DNA of 64,000 nucleotides from an uncultured delta proteobacterium. Lineage in GTDB: Bacteria > Desulfobacterota > Binatia > Binatales > Binataceae. Shown here piece after piece: positions 35,420 to 48,969 of the stretch (position 1 is the stretch's first letter; each line of letters opens with the position of its first letter). Below the pieces are notes generated by a model, which was not told the DNA's origin, searched no databases, and worked only from the letters and a program-made list of their open reading frames with translations. A program made the translations under genes and the position numbers. Location of the stretch: positions 2,176,001 through 2,240,000 of the forward strand of contig CAVXXK010000001.1 of assembly GCA_963765675.1 (NCBI GenBank), read 5' to 3'.

Positions 35420-36817
35420 CTACTGCTTGGCGGGCGCGGCGAAATCTCCCGAGGCGACCTGCGAGAGCATCGCGGTGTTGATCGCGGCGTCCTTTAGATT
35501 CGCGACCGCGACCAGCAGGATCGCGTCGGGATGCAGATACTTGCGCGCCATGTCCTGAACGTCCTGTTTGGTGACGGCCTGGATCAGCTTCGGATAACGA
35601 TCGGCGTAATCAAGCCCGAGGCCGTTGAGCTCGATGCCGAGCATGAAGCCGGCGATCGCGCTCTGCCGATCGAACTTGAGCGGGAAGCTTCCGATCAGAA
35701 ATTTCTTCGCGCCGTCGAGCTCGGCGTCGGTCACCGGATGCTCCTGCATGATCCGCATCTGCTGGAGGATGAGCTTGATCGCCTCGTTGGCGCTCGAGTT
35801 CTTGGTTTGCAGCCGGATGCCGTAAGCGCCCTCGAACTTGGCCGCCGAGACGACGCTGCCGACCGAGTAGGCGAGGCCGTGCTCGCTGCGCACGACCTGC
35901 ACCAGGCGCGAGGCGAAGCCGCCGCCGCCGAAGATGTAGTTCATCACTTGCAGCTTGTAGAAGTCGGGGTTCGAGCGCGCAATTCCGCCGAAGCCCATGA
36001 TGATATTGGCCTGCTGCACGCTGCGATCGATGAGCTTGGCCTCGAGGCCCTTGGGCGCGGGCGGCGGGGGCGGTACCGCTTGCGGCGGGACGGCGCCGCT
36101 GAGGCCGGTCAGAGATTTCTCAAGTGTTGCTTTAATTTCGTCCGCGTGCACGTCGCCGGTCACCGCGATCACCGCGCTGCCGAGCTTGTAATACTCGTGA
36201 TAGAAGGCGCGCACGTCGTCGGGCGTGAGCTTGGCAACCGACTCCGCGCTGCCGTCCTGCGGATGACCATACGGCGAATCGCCGAACAGCGCTTTTTCGA
36301 ACTTCACGCTGGCGGTGTACCCGGGCTCTTCTTCCTGTGCGTGAATATCGGCGACGGTCTCGGCGCGCTTGCGCTCGATATCGGCATCGCGCAGGCCGGG
36401 CTCGGTCAGGATTCCCGCCAGCAGCGCCAAAGTATCGGCCTGGTATTTTTTAAGGGAAGTGAAGCCGGCGACCGCATAATCGCGGTCCGCGCCAACCTCG
36501 ACCGAGCTGCCCATGAAATCGACTTTCTGATTGAAGTCAGCAGCGCTAAGACTCCGGGTTCCCTGCCCGAGCGATTGCGCGGTCAACGCGGCGAGTCCGG
36601 CTTTGCCGTCGGGGTCGCGCCGTGCGCCGGCGTCGAACGCGATCGACATTGTAACCATCGGGAGCTGATGCTCTTCCGATACCAGCAGCACTGCTCCGTT
36701 TGACAGCGTCATCCGCTTGATTTCGAGCGCGTGCGCGCGCGGCGCGAGCGCCAGTATCGTGAGGATCGCGAGCGCCCCGCCCGCGAGCTTACCGATATTC
36801 TGTTTGCGGCGGTTCAT
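35420..36817 (-). CDS. M16 family peptidase, non-catalytic subunit
   Basis: Signal peptide, no HxxEH, GGGGFASRL..VR...GLAYS. Confidence 0.88.
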   Translation of the reverse strand: MNRRKQNIGKLAGGALAILTILALAPRAHALEIKRMTLSNGAVLLVSEEHQLPMVTMSIAFDAGARRDPDGKAGLAALTAQSLGQGTRSLSAADFNQKVDFMGSSVEVGADRDYAVAGFTSLKKYQADTLALLAGILTEPGLRDADIERKRAETVADIHAQEEEPGYTASVKFEKALFGDSPYGHPQDGSAESVAKLTPDDVRAFYHEYYKLGSAVIAVTGDVHADEIKATLEKSLTGLSGAVPPQAVPPPPPAPKGLEAKLIDRSVQQANIIMGFGGIARSNPDFYKLQVMNYIFGGGGFASRLVQVVRSEHGLAYSVGSVVSAAKFEGAYGIRLQTKNSSANEAIKLILQQMRIMQEHPVTDAELDGAKKFLIGSFPLKFDRQSAIAGFMLGIELNGLGLDYADRYPKLIQAVTKQDVQDMARKYLHPDAILLVAVANLKDAAINTAMLSQVASGDFAAPAKQ

Positions 36818-38245
36818 CGCGCCACCTCGCCGAACGCCGCTTCGCCGATGATGTCGGCGTGGCGGACTCCGCCGCCGCTTGCGCCTCCGGCCATCTCGTG
36901 CGGGAGCACACCAGTTGGAATCAGGACGCCGACGGTGCGGTTGGTATCGACGAAATATTTTCGCGCGACGCGCTGCACGTCGGCCGCGGTGACCTTGTCG
37001 ATATTCGAGAGATACTGGTCAACCATCTTGTAGCTGCCGAGCATCTGGTAGACCCCGAGCAGCATCGCCTCCTCGAGGATCGAATCCTGCGAGAAGACGA
37101 ACTCCGCCTGCTCGAGATTCTTGGCCTTCTGCAACTCCTGCGCGCCAACAGGTTGGTCTCGCAGCAGCTGCAATCTCTTTGTCCGCCTCCGCCATTGCGT
37201 CGTCGGTCTTCACGCCTGGCCGCATCTGCGCCGATACCACGAACAGGTTCGGGTCAAACGAGGTCAGGTCGTAGCCCGCGCCGACCTCGACCACCATCCG
37301 CTTATCGACCACCAGCTTCTTGTACAGGCGCGAGCTCTTGCCGTCGGAGAGAACCTCCGACGCGATTTCGAGCGCAAACGCGTCCGGGCTTTCGATATTC
37401 GGAACGTGATAGGCCTCTTCGAACGCCGGCAGATTTGCGGCGTGGCGCAACTCGACGCGGCGCTCGCCTTCCTGCTGGGGCTCGACCTCGGGCATCGGCG
37501 GAGGCTTGGGCCCGTTCTTGATCGCGCCGAACGCCTCGCTGATTTGCTTGAGCACCTGGTCGGCGTTGAAATCGCCCACTACCACGACGATTGCGTTTTG
37601 CGGCGAGTAGTAAATCTGGTGATACGCGAGCGCGTCCTGCAGCGTCAGCCGCTGGATATCCTGCATCCATCCGATGACCGGCCAGTGGTACGGGTGCTCG
37701 ACGAACGCCGCCGCGCGCACCTGCTCGTCGAGCGCGTCCTCGGGCTCGTCGTCGGTGCGCAGGCGGCGCTCTTCGGCGACCACCGCGCGCTCCTTGTCGA
37801 ACTCCTGCGGGTCGAAATTCGCCATCCGGTCCGATTCGAGCGAGATCGGAACGCTCAGGCGATCGCGGTTGATATTCTCGAAGTACTCGGTGTAGTCCGA
37901 GCTGGTCATCGCGTTGTCTTCGCCGCCGTTGGCCTGGATGATCTTTGAGAATTCCTCGGGCCCGATCTTCCTGGTTCCCTTGAACATCAGATGCTCGATC
38001 AGATGGGAGATTCCGGTCTTGCCGAATTGCTCGTTGCGCGAGCCGACATGATAGAAGACGTTGAACGACGCGACCGGCGCCTTGTGATTCTCGAGCACGA
38101 TCACTTGGAGCCCGTTCGGCAGCGTTTCGGTCTTGACCGCGTCGGTCATTCCGGCACGCGCGGCGCCGGCGCACAGCAGCATCACGGCTATGAGAAGCGA
38201 AATGGATCCGGCAAGATGGTAGTTACGCGGGAAGATAATTTTCAT
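36814..38245 (-). CDS. M16 family zinc peptidase, catalytic subunit, frameshift near 37170
   Basis: HLIEH (HxxEH), EERRLR, HPYHWP; the C-terminus (VTAADVQRVARKYF) continues in ORF 36814..37173. Confidence 0.88.
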
Positions 38246-38374
38246 GACGAATAACCATCTAACGCCGTGCCTTGGCGTGGAGTCAAGAAAGCCCGTCGCG
38301 CCGTCGCGATTCACCGTGCGGCGGCAAATTGCATCGCGGGCCGTGAGTTTGCCACAATCAGCATCAGTAACCCG

Positions 38375-40444
38375 ATGACCCAGCCTGCCAGCCAGCCACT
38401 ATTCGAAATCAAGGGCGTGCTCACGAAGTTCATGCGGATGCTGTTTCCGCTGGAGTTCCGCATCGACTCGATCGCGAACTGCGGCCCGATGCTGCCGTTT
38501 CATTTCCCGCTCCTGCCGGGCGAGATGATCTACCTGCCCGAAAAAATCGACGCGTTCGGCGCCGAGGGCGACGAATATATCTATTACCTCGTCACCACCG
38601 CGCACCTGGCCTCGCGCCACGACTTCGGCACCTTCGATTTTCGCCTGGCCGATATCGAGGGCTTCGAGGATCGAGCCGAGACCGGCGTCGAGGCGATCGA
38701 CAGCTTCGTTGCCTCCTTCGACGACGCCGCGCTGGCCGGCGCGCTGATGCGCCTGGGCGAGGCCGCGCGAATCGACGCGGCGCTCGGGCGGCGCTACCTC
38801 GGACTCGCGCCGCGAATCGCGGCGATCAACCGCTCGCTCACCGCGCTCCTGCCGCCGGAGGCGCTCTCGACGATGCTGGTGCGCGGGTCGCTCGACCTGG
38901 TCGACGGCGAGCCGGGTGAGCAGGGCTTCGCGCGGATGGCGCAGCGCTTCTTCGCGCCGCTGCGCGGCGCTGATGCCGACATCTTCACCACAGCGCGCCA
39001 GACCACCGCGCTCTACAAATGGCTGCAGGAGCTGATCGAGCAGGCGCGCGCCGCAGGCAACGCCGATCCGCTCGCGGGCCAGGCCGAGCAGATGCGCAAC
39101 GACCTGATAAGCGGCGTCAAAGGCGGCGACGGCGCCGACGACGGCGCGGAAGGCGAGGGCGATCAGGGCGAGGCGGGCGGCGAGCCCGACCAGAAGCTCA
39201 GCATGGACGCCTCGGGCCGGCAGTCCAAGGGCAACCAGGGCCGCGCGCTCTCGCCCGAGGAGCTGCGCAAACTGATCGAGCAGGGCGCGCAGATCAATCC
39301 CTCGCAAGGCGAAGGCAACGCCGACGGCGACGGGATGTACCTGACGCAACTCACGAACAAGCAGATGAGCGAGCTCGAGGCGATGCGCGAGCAGCTTGCC
39401 GAAGTCGGCAGCGTGACCGGGCAGGGGCGCCTGATGATCGCGCGCTCGCGCCAGGATTCCTACTACGCCTACGACGAGTGGGACTACGTGCTGGCCGACT
39501 ACCGGCGCAACTGGTGCCGACTGCGCGAAATCCAGCTCACCGGCGACGACGGCGACTTCTACAACAACACGCTCCTGCGCTACGCCGATTTGCTGCCGGT
39601 GATCCGCCGCAACTTTCAGCGCATCCGCCCGGCGTCCTACCGGATGGTGCGCGGACTCGAAGACGGCGAGGAGATCGATTTCGACAAGACCGTCGAGTCG
39701 CACGTCGCGCGCAAGATGGGCGAGATTCCCGACGGCCGCGTGTACAAGGCGCGCAAGAAGGAAGCCCGCGACGTCGCGACGCTGTTCCTGCTCGACATGT
39801 CGGCCTCGACCGACGAGCCGATTCATCGCGAGCCGCGCAAGTTCACCGACGATGACGACAACGACGACTGGATGAAGGCGTGGCAGCGGCGACCGCAAGC
39901 CGCGCAGCGTCCGCGCCGGATTATCGACGTCAACAAGGAAGCGCTGATCATCATGGCGCAGTCGCTCGAAGAGCTGGGCGACCAGTACGCGATCATGGGA
40001 TTTTCCGGGCATGGGCGCGACAACGTCGAGTTTTACGTGATCAAGGAATTCGACCAGGAACTCTCCGACGACGTGCGCGCGCGAGTCGGCGCGGTCGAGC
40101 CGAAACGCTCGACCCGGATGGGCGCGGCGATTCGCCACGTGCGCGAGAAATTCAAGAACGTCAACTCGCGCGCCCGGCACATGATCCTGCTGAGCGACGG
40201 CTTCCCGCAGGATTTCGACTACGGCCACGACCGCCGCTCGAACGCCTACGGAATCCAGGACACGATGGTGGCGCTGAAGGAACTCGAGATGGCGGGCGTG
40301 CTGCCGTTCTGCATCACGGTGGACAAAACCGGCCACGACTACCTGCGCCAGATGTGCCAATCCTCGCGCTACCTGGTGATCGAGGACATCGCCTCGCTGC
40401 CGCGCCAGTTACCGAAAATCTACGAACAAGTCGTCCGCTGGTAA
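38375..40444 (+). CDS. NorD/CbbO-like VWA domain protein
   Basis: YDEWDY...YR.NWC, DGEEID, MIDAS DMSAS, TRMGAAIRH, LSDG.PQD. Confidence 0.85.
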   Translation: MTQPASQPLFEIKGVLTKFMRMLFPLEFRIDSIANCGPMLPFHFPLLPGEMIYLPEKIDAFGAEGDEYIYYLVTTAHLASRHDFGTFDFRLADIEGFEDRAETGVEAIDSFVASFDDAALAGALMRLGEAARIDAALGRRYLGLAPRIAAINRSLTALLPPEALSTMLVRGSLDLVDGEPGEQGFARMAQRFFAPLRGADADIFTTARQTTALYKWLQELIEQARAAGNADPLAGQAEQMRNDLISGVKGGDGADDGAEGEGDQGEAGGEPDQKLSMDASGRQSKGNQGRALSPEELRKLIEQGAQINPSQGEGNADGDGMYLTQLTNKQMSELEAMREQLAEVGSVTGQGRLMIARSRQDSYYAYDEWDYVLADYRRNWCRLREIQLTGDDGDFYNNTLLRYADLLPVIRRNFQRIRPASYRMVRGLEDGEEIDFDKTVESHVARKMGEIPDGRVYKARKKEARDVATLFLLDMSASTDEPIHREPRKFTDDDDNDDWMKAWQRRPQAAQRPRRIIDVNKEALIIMAQSLEELGDQYAIMGFSGHGRDNVEFYVIKEFDQELSDDVRARVGAVEPKRSTRMGAAIRHVREKFKNVNSRARHMILLSDGFPQDFDYGHDRRSNAYGIQDTMVALKELEMAGVLPFCITVDKTGHDYLRQMCQSSRYLVIEDIASLPRQLPKIYEQVVRW

Positions 40445-40458
40445 GCCTCGCGCGTTAG

Positions 40459-43307
<2,849 letters not shown>

Positions 43308-43403
43308 TCAATGGAGAGCGGGATTCTAGGCCAGAATCCAGAGCGCTGTCATCAGTGCGCGTTTCGCCGGACTCCGGACAAGGCTGTGCCTTTGATTTTT
43401 TGA

Positions 43404-43522
43404 TTTCGGTCATTTTGCGGTGGGTTCGTTTGGTATCTTTTCTAGTGGCTTAAAAAATAAACTCCTTGAAAATGCTGCCGAATTCGCGCCAATGGGTTCG
43501 TTTCAGCAGCTTTTTCGGTCAT
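43404..43522. repeat. AT-rich segment with direct repeats TGGGTTCGTTT (43421, 43493) and TTTCGGTCAT (43404, 43513)
   Basis: Exact direct repeats read from the sequence. Confidence 0.6.
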
Positions 43523-43545
43523 CGAATTTCGGAGTAAAAAATTAA

Positions 43546-43655
43546 ACACGAAGACACCAACGAAGACGCAGACACTAAGACACGAAGAATACCCATTTCC
43601 GCGCGCGGCGCGCGGAAATGGGTCAGTTCTTTGTGCCTTGGTGTCTTGGTGGTTG
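43546..43655. repeat. foldback element with (CACNAAGA)n arms, copy 4 (expanded left arm)
   Basis: CACGAAGACACCAA..CACTAAGACACGAAG / CTTTGTGCCTTGGTGTCTTGGTGG; inner ACCCATTTCCGCGCG..CGCGCGGAAATGGGT. Confidence 0.75.
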
Positions 43656-43945
43656 GATTGACGTCTGCGGCTGGCTGCGGGAGCGTCTCACTGGAGTGAG
43701 GCAGCAAACTGGTGCGTGATGGTGTGCGGGTTGCTTCCACGGAAACATTTTTGCACGAAGTGGAGTTGGGCATAAGGCTGAACAGTTCAGCCATGAACAA
43801 ATCTGGCAAAAACTCTAACGATCGTTAGGGAACGGCAGCGTCGGCGAAAATGCGTTAAACCAGTGCTGGGACGGGGCCAAATGAGCATCGACCATTCAGG
43901 ATGGCGGGCAGACTATCGTAAACGGACGTGTCTGGATCGGGAGGC

Positions 43946-44073
43946 GGGCGGCTCCCGAGCCGCCCCTACGAAGAGAAGAAATCCCGAGCTCGGCCCTTGG
44001 CTTGCGAACTGGTTGCGGGTGACTGCATGGACGCCTCGAGATTTCTCCCTTCGGTCGAAATGACGATCGGGGG
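43946..44073 (-). repeat. second copy of the composite element at 22822-22981, lacking one module
   Basis: Reverse complement reads ATCGTCATTTCGACCGAAGGGAGAAATCTCGAGGCGTCCATGC...GCTCGGGATTTCT..TCTTCGTAGGGGCGGCTCGGGAGCCGCCC. Confidence 0.85.
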
Positions 44074-44093
44074 CTTAGTTCAGAACGTAGGGT

Positions 44094-44840
44094 TCAGGTG
44101 GGCGATTTCGCAGAGCGCGTGCGGCCGAGATATCGCACAGGCAGCGGGGTCTCGATCACTTTGCCGGCGCTGGAGGTTACGCGGAAGGCGCGGGCGCGCG
44201 GGCGGGACGAGACTACTTCTTTTAGCCGCGTGCCGGCGAAATGGGCGGCGGCGCCGTCGTCGAGCGCTAGCGTCGGAAGGAAGCCGCGTTTTACGAGGCG
44301 ATGCAGGGCAGGGCGGCGCGCTGCTTCGCCGTCGTAATGGGGGCAGAATCCGCCATGCAGGAATCCAAGACCGGTGCCTAGAGCGCGAGGGCCTCCGCCG
44401 AAAGAATCTGTGAGTCCGTCCTGGAACCAGCAGAGCGCTCCGGCGCTGATGCCCGCGAGCACGACGCCCACGTTCCACGCCGCGCGGAGAGCGCGGTCGA
44501 GTCCGTGCAGACGCCAGATGGCGAGCAGGTTCGCGGTGCTGCCGCCGCCGACGTAGATCACATCCTGCGCGAGAACGAATCCGCGCAGATCGGTGACGGT
44601 GCGCTCGAAGAAGCGCAGCACCATCGCGTCGGCGCGTGCGGGCGGAAACGATTCGAAAAAATTCCGCGCGTAGCTGTCGCTGTCGCCGCTGGCGGTGCCG
44701 ACGAACGCGATGCGCGGCTTGCGATTGCGGATGCGCCGGGTGCGGCGCGCGAGGTCGAGCACGAAGTCGTCGAGCAGCGGATTTTTGGGTTCCATTGAGA
44801 ACCCGCCGCCGCCCATCGCGACAATATGACGCTCGGGCAT
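44094..44840 (-). CDS. peptidase E (S51) family protein
   Basis: GGGGFS, TASGD, YVGGG, GISAGA, CPHYD. Confidence 0.9.
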   Translation of the reverse strand: MPERHIVAMGGGGFSMEPKNPLLDDFVLDLARRTRRIRNRKPRIAFVGTASGDSDSYARNFFESFPPARADAMVLRFFERTVTDLRGFVLAQDVIYVGGGSTANLLAIWRLHGLDRALRAAWNVGVVLAGISAGALCWFQDGLTDSFGGGPRALGTGLGFLHGGFCPHYDGEAARRPALHRLVKRGFLPTLALDDGAAAHFAGTRLKEVVSSRPRARAFRVTSSAGKVIETPLPVRYLGRTRSAKSPT

Positions 44841-44870
44841 CGCGGTATCGTAGCAGCCGCGGACGGAGCG

Positions 44871-46085
44871 TTACAGAATCGCGCCCGACTCGCGCATCGC
44901 GCCGATCTCTTCCCACGAGTATCCGAGCTCGAGCATCACCTCTTCCGCATGCTGTCCCAGCTCGGGCGGCATCCGGGTCTGCTTCTCGACCTCGCCGTTG
45001 AGCGTCACCGGCGTTCCGGAGACCAGCACGCGGCCGGCCACCGGATGGTCGAGCTCCTGCAGGTAGCCGTTTTCGCGCGCCTGTTCGCTTTTGAGCATCG
45101 TGCGATAGTCCACGACCTCGGTCGCGAGAATATCGGCGTCGTGCAGCGCGGCGAGCCATTCGGCGCTGGTCTTCTTCGGGAAGATCGCGTCAAGCACCGC
45201 CGCGATCTTGTCGCCGTGGAAATTGCGCACCACGTTGTCGCCGTACTCGACATCTTTCTCGAGATGCTCGATTCCGAGAATCTTGCAGAACGCGGGCCAG
45301 CGCTTGTCATCGACGCCCGCGATACAGATATGACCGTCGCTCGTCGGAAACGCGCCCCACACTCCGTGCAGGAATTGATGCCCGCGGCCGGCGCGCTCGG
45401 GCTCCTGCTGCGTGATCGAGGTGTAATTGATCTCCATCCCTTGCATCGCGATCATCGTGCCGTAGATCGACGCGTCGACTTTCTGGCTCTTGCCGGTCCG
45501 CTCGCGCGCAAACAGCGCGGCCAGAACGCCGCTGGCCAGGCTGAGCGCGCCCGAGTGATCCGCGATGAACATTCCGGCCGCCAGCGGCGGATCGGACGGC
45601 ATCCCGGTCTTCGCCATCACGCCGCTCGCAGCCTGCGCCAGCGTGTCGCGGCTCGGGCGGGTGACCCACGGCCCTTTCGGCCCCCAGGAGCTGCCTTGCG
45701 CATAGACGATCTTCGGATTGATCTTGCGGATCTGATCGTAGCCGAGGCCGAGCCGGTCGAGCACGCCGGGGCGATAGTTGGTCAGCAGAACGTCGTAGGT
45801 TTTCGCCATCCTGCGCACGAGCTCGATCGCCTGCGGATTTTTGAGATCGCACGAGATGCTGCGCTTGCCGCGATTCATCGCGATAAAGTAGTGCGAGACT
45901 TGGGCGTTGCGGACCTCGGGGCCGCCGATCAGCGCGGTCAGCATCCAGCGGCTGAGATCTCCGGTCTCCTTGTTCTCGATCTTGACCACGTCGGCGCCCA
46001 TGTCGGCGAGAAACAGTCCCGCGAACGGACCTTGGATCTCCTGGCCGATCTCGATCACTTTGATTCCATCCAGCGGCTTCGTCAT
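44871..46085 (-). CDS. class III CoA-transferase (CaiB/BaiF)
   Basis: LADMGADVVKIE, NRGKRS, NYRPG..DRLGL, catalytic-position IAD, PELGQH. Confidence 0.92.
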   Translation of the reverse strand: MTKPLDGIKVIEIGQEIQGPFAGLFLADMGADVVKIENKETGDLSRWMLTALIGGPEVRNAQVSHYFIAMNRGKRSISCDLKNPQAIELVRRMAKTYDVLLTNYRPGVLDRLGLGYDQIRKINPKIVYAQGSSWGPKGPWVTRPSRDTLAQAASGVMAKTGMPSDPPLAAGMFIADHSGALSLASGVLAALFARERTGKSQKVDASIYGTMIAMQGMEINYTSITQQEPERAGRGHQFLHGVWGAFPTSDGHICIAGVDDKRWPAFCKILGIEHLEKDVEYGDNVVRNFHGDKIAAVLDAIFPKKTSAEWLAALHDADILATEVVDYRTMLKSEQARENGYLQELDHPVAGRVLVSGTPVTLNGEVEKQTRMPPELGQHAEEVMLELGYSWEEIGAMRESGAIL

Positions 46086-46216
46086 CGCTTTTCGCTCCAG
46101 CTAAACGGTCGTTCAGGCAGGTATCCTTCCGATGGAACTATCGCGCCGCCGCGCAAATCTCAAGCGCATTAGGCGGGGATTTGCGCGTGCGGCGGCTGCG
46201 GCTACACTTGCGCGCC

Positions 46217-46999
46217 ATGGTATCGAGCATCTACGAGTTCCCCGACATCTTTCGCCGCGTGCACAAGGAGCAGCCTTACGAAATCGGCGAGGAAGTGCGA
46301 TTTCTGCGCAAGGTATGGAAACGCCACGCGCGGGGTCCGCTCCGGCGCGTGATCGATCTGGCGTGCGGCAACTCGCCGCATGGGCAAATCCTCGCGCGCG
46401 GCGGGATCGAGGTCGCGGGCGTCGATCGCTCGGCCACGATGATCGCGGCGGGGCGGCGCGAATCGCGCGGACTCAAAAATATTCGCTTCTATCGGCGGCC
46501 GATCGAGCGCTTCAAAATTCCGGCGCGCGGATTCGACGCGGCGATCTTCATGTCCGAGACGTTTCCCGTGATGACGGCGAACGACGCGATTCTGTCGCAT
46601 CTAAAATCGGTCGCGGCGACGCTCAAACACGGTGGGCTGTACGTGATCGACGTCGATCGTCAGGACGGCTCTCGCGTCACGCGCGAGCGGCAGTTATGGC
46701 GGGAACGCACGCTCAAAGTTGGCGGCGCGATCGTTCGTGTGCGGGCGCACAGCCGCACGATGCCGTGGCATTCGGGAGTCCATTCAGTTTTCGATCTCGA
46801 ATGCGACCTCGAATTTCCCGGCCGATCGGTGAAGACGCGCGATCTGGTGCCGGTGCGCTACACGATTCCGCCGACGCTCGATCTGCTCGCTCGCGCGTCG
46901 GGCAAATTCGAGATGATCGCGGCCTACGCCGACTTGTCGTTCGACATCGCGATGGACAACTGCGAGCGGCGATGGTGGGGCATCCTGCGGCGCGTGTGA
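46217..46999 (+). CDS. class I SAM-dependent methyltransferase
   Basis: VIDLACGNS, GVDRS..M, LK.GGLYVID. Confidence 0.82.
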   Translation: MVSSIYEFPDIFRRVHKEQPYEIGEEVRFLRKVWKRHARGPLRRVIDLACGNSPHGQILARGGIEVAGVDRSATMIAAGRRESRGLKNIRFYRRPIERFKIPARGFDAAIFMSETFPVMTANDAILSHLKSVAATLKHGGLYVIDVDRQDGSRVTRERQLWRERTLKVGGAIVRVRAHSRTMPWHSGVHSVFDLECDLEFPGRSVKTRDLVPVRYTIPPTLDLLARASGKFEMIAAYADLSFDIAMDNCERRWWGILRRV

Positions 47000-47007
47000 A
47001 CTGCTCG

Positions 47008-47661
47008 TCAGCCGCGCACGTCCGCCAGGTGCGCGATCAAATCGAGCGCGGCGGGGTTCCATGCGTCTGTGTATTTGAGAATCTGGATCGATCCGAGATC
47101 GACGGTTGGCTCGGCGCCGGCGAGGGTCTTGACGATTGTGCGGATCACTCCGCGATGCGCGACCACCAGCGCGCGAGTGACGCCGGGCGAGCGCTCGGGA
47201 GTCCATCGCGAGAGCATCAGCACGACTCCGCGTTCGACGCGCGCGGTAAACGCCGCGCGGCTCTCTCCGCCGGGATAGGTAAAAGCGGCTGAGAGCGGGT
47301 CGGCGCGCCATCGCGCGTACTCGTCGGGAAAGCGCGCGCTGATTTCCTCTCGCGTCAGCCCCTCGAAATCACCGAAGTGGACCTCGGCGAATTCCTCGAG
47401 CGCGATCGCTGATGGCGCGTCTGCACTAGCAATAATCCGCGCGCCCTCGGCTGCCCGAACGAGCGGACTGGTGAAGACGCGATCGAACGCGAGACCGCCG
47501 TGAGTCGCTTCGATCGCGGTACGCGCGGCGCGCATCTGCGCGCGCCCAAGCTTGGAGAGCGGCACGTCGTTGCGCCCGTGATAGCGGATGCTCGATTCGC
47601 CTTCGGTCTCACCGTGGCGCACGAGGATCAGCGTTGCGCGATGAAATGATTGAGGCGTCAT
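47008..47661 (-). CDS. histidine phosphatase family protein
   Basis: LVRHGET, SPL.RA, E..FG.FEG, PGGES, VAH.GVI. Confidence 0.9.
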   Translation of the reverse strand: MTPQSFHRATLILVRHGETEGESSIRYHGRNDVPLSKLGRAQMRAARTAIEATHGGLAFDRVFTSPLVRAAEGARIIASADAPSAIALEEFAEVHFGDFEGLTREEISARFPDEYARWRADPLSAAFTYPGGESRAAFTARVERGVVLMLSRWTPERSPGVTRALVVAHRGVIRTIVKTLAGAEPTVDLGSIQILKYTDAWNPAALDLIAHLADVRG

Positions 47662-47685
47662 TGATGCTCGGCGGCATGCGCTCGA

Positions 47686-48969
47686 TCAATCGTCGAGCGG
47701 GTTCATCACGAGGCCGGTCAAGAGCTTGGGATGAAAGTAGGTCGATTTTTCCGGCATCGTGGCGCCCGCGTCGCTGACGCGCTCGACGTCTTCGATCGAC
47801 GGCGGATTCATCAGGAACGCGCCGTCGGCGACGCCGCTCGCGACCGCTTCGAGCGCGGCGGCCGCGTCGATCGTGTACTCGATATTTCCGCCTTTGCGAA
47901 TCTCGGCGGCAGTGAGCGAGAAAATCCGGTCGAAGATCATCGCATGGAGCAGAGTGATGTCGAGCTCGCGGACGGGCGGCGGAGTTTCGGGAATCGCGGC
48001 GGAGACGGCGGCGCGATCGCGAATCTGCAAAAGGTAATGCGAGCGATGCCCCTTGAGCGCGACCGCGAGCGCACCGCGTCCGGCGGCGTGAAGCCGCGCC
48101 CGCAGAATCTCGCGATCGGCGATTTCTTCGAGCACGAAGATTCTGCGCGCCTCGGCGGCGAACGCCGCGATCGATTCGGGCCGCAAACGATGGACGACGC
48201 GATGGGTCGGCAGAATCACGAGGCCGGGATCGTCGCACGCAACCATTGTCATCATCGTGTAGTCAAAGCCTTGCGGCGCAGAGGGATTCTCGGCCGCGCG
48301 GCGGATGCGCTGGTAGTTGAGCGCGGTTTCATAACGATGATGCCCGTCGGCGATTAGGACGCGCGGCGTGGCAAGGGCGCGCTGGACCGTCGCGATTTCC
48401 GTTGACGCGTCGATCACTCGCAGCTCGTTACGAATCGCGAGGTCGTCGGTCAGCTCGATGAGCGGCGCGCGAGCCGCGACTTCCGCGCGCAGACGATCGA
48501 GCTCCGGATGCTGTCCCGAGTAGAGGCCGAAGATCGAGCTGGTGTTGGTGCGGATCGCGGTCAGCAGCTTCAGCCGATCTTCCTTGGCGGCGGGAAAAGT
48601 TTTTTCGTGCGGCAGAATCCTACCGGACGCAAACGGTTCGAGCCGGATGCGCGCGATGAGCCCGGTGCGGGCGAGGCTGCGGCCCTCGATCGTGAAGCGC
48701 TGCGTGTAATGGAAGATCGCGGGGCGTTCGAGACGGCGCAGCACTCCGGCTGCGAGCCAGTCGCGAAGCGTCGTGGCGGCGGCAGCGTAGCGATCCGCGT
48801 CGCGGCCAAATTCGAGCCGCACGATATTGTAGCGGCTGCGCTCGTAGAGCTCGTTCTGCCGCGCCGCGCCGATCAGGTCGTATGGAGGCGCCACGACGGC
48901 CGCTGGCTCGCCGGCGATCGCACGATCGTAGAGCAGCGCGCGGAACGGCTCGATTCGCTCGGCGCTCAT
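47686..48969 (-). CDS. DUF1015 family protein
   Basis: PFRAL.Y, APPYD, ILPHEKT, IADGHHRYETA, ILPTHR, MPEKSTYF.PK..TG. Confidence 0.92.
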   Translation of the reverse strand: MSAERIEPFRALLYDRAIAGEPAAVVAPPYDLIGAARQNELYERSRYNIVRLEFGRDADRYAAAATTLRDWLAAGVLRRLERPAIFHYTQRFTIEGRSLARTGLIARIRLEPFASGRILPHEKTFPAAKEDRLKLLTAIRTNTSSIFGLYSGQHPELDRLRAEVAARAPLIELTDDLAIRNELRVIDASTEIATVQRALATPRVLIADGHHRYETALNYQRIRRAAENPSAPQGFDYTMMTMVACDDPGLVILPTHRVVHRLRPESIAAFAAEARRIFVLEEIADREILRARLHAAGRGALAVALKGHRSHYLLQIRDRAAVSAAIPETPPPVRELDITLLHAMIFDRIFSLTAAEIRKGGNIEYTIDAAAALEAVASGVADGAFLMNPPSIEDVERVSDAGATMPEKSTYFHPKLLTGLVMNPLDD

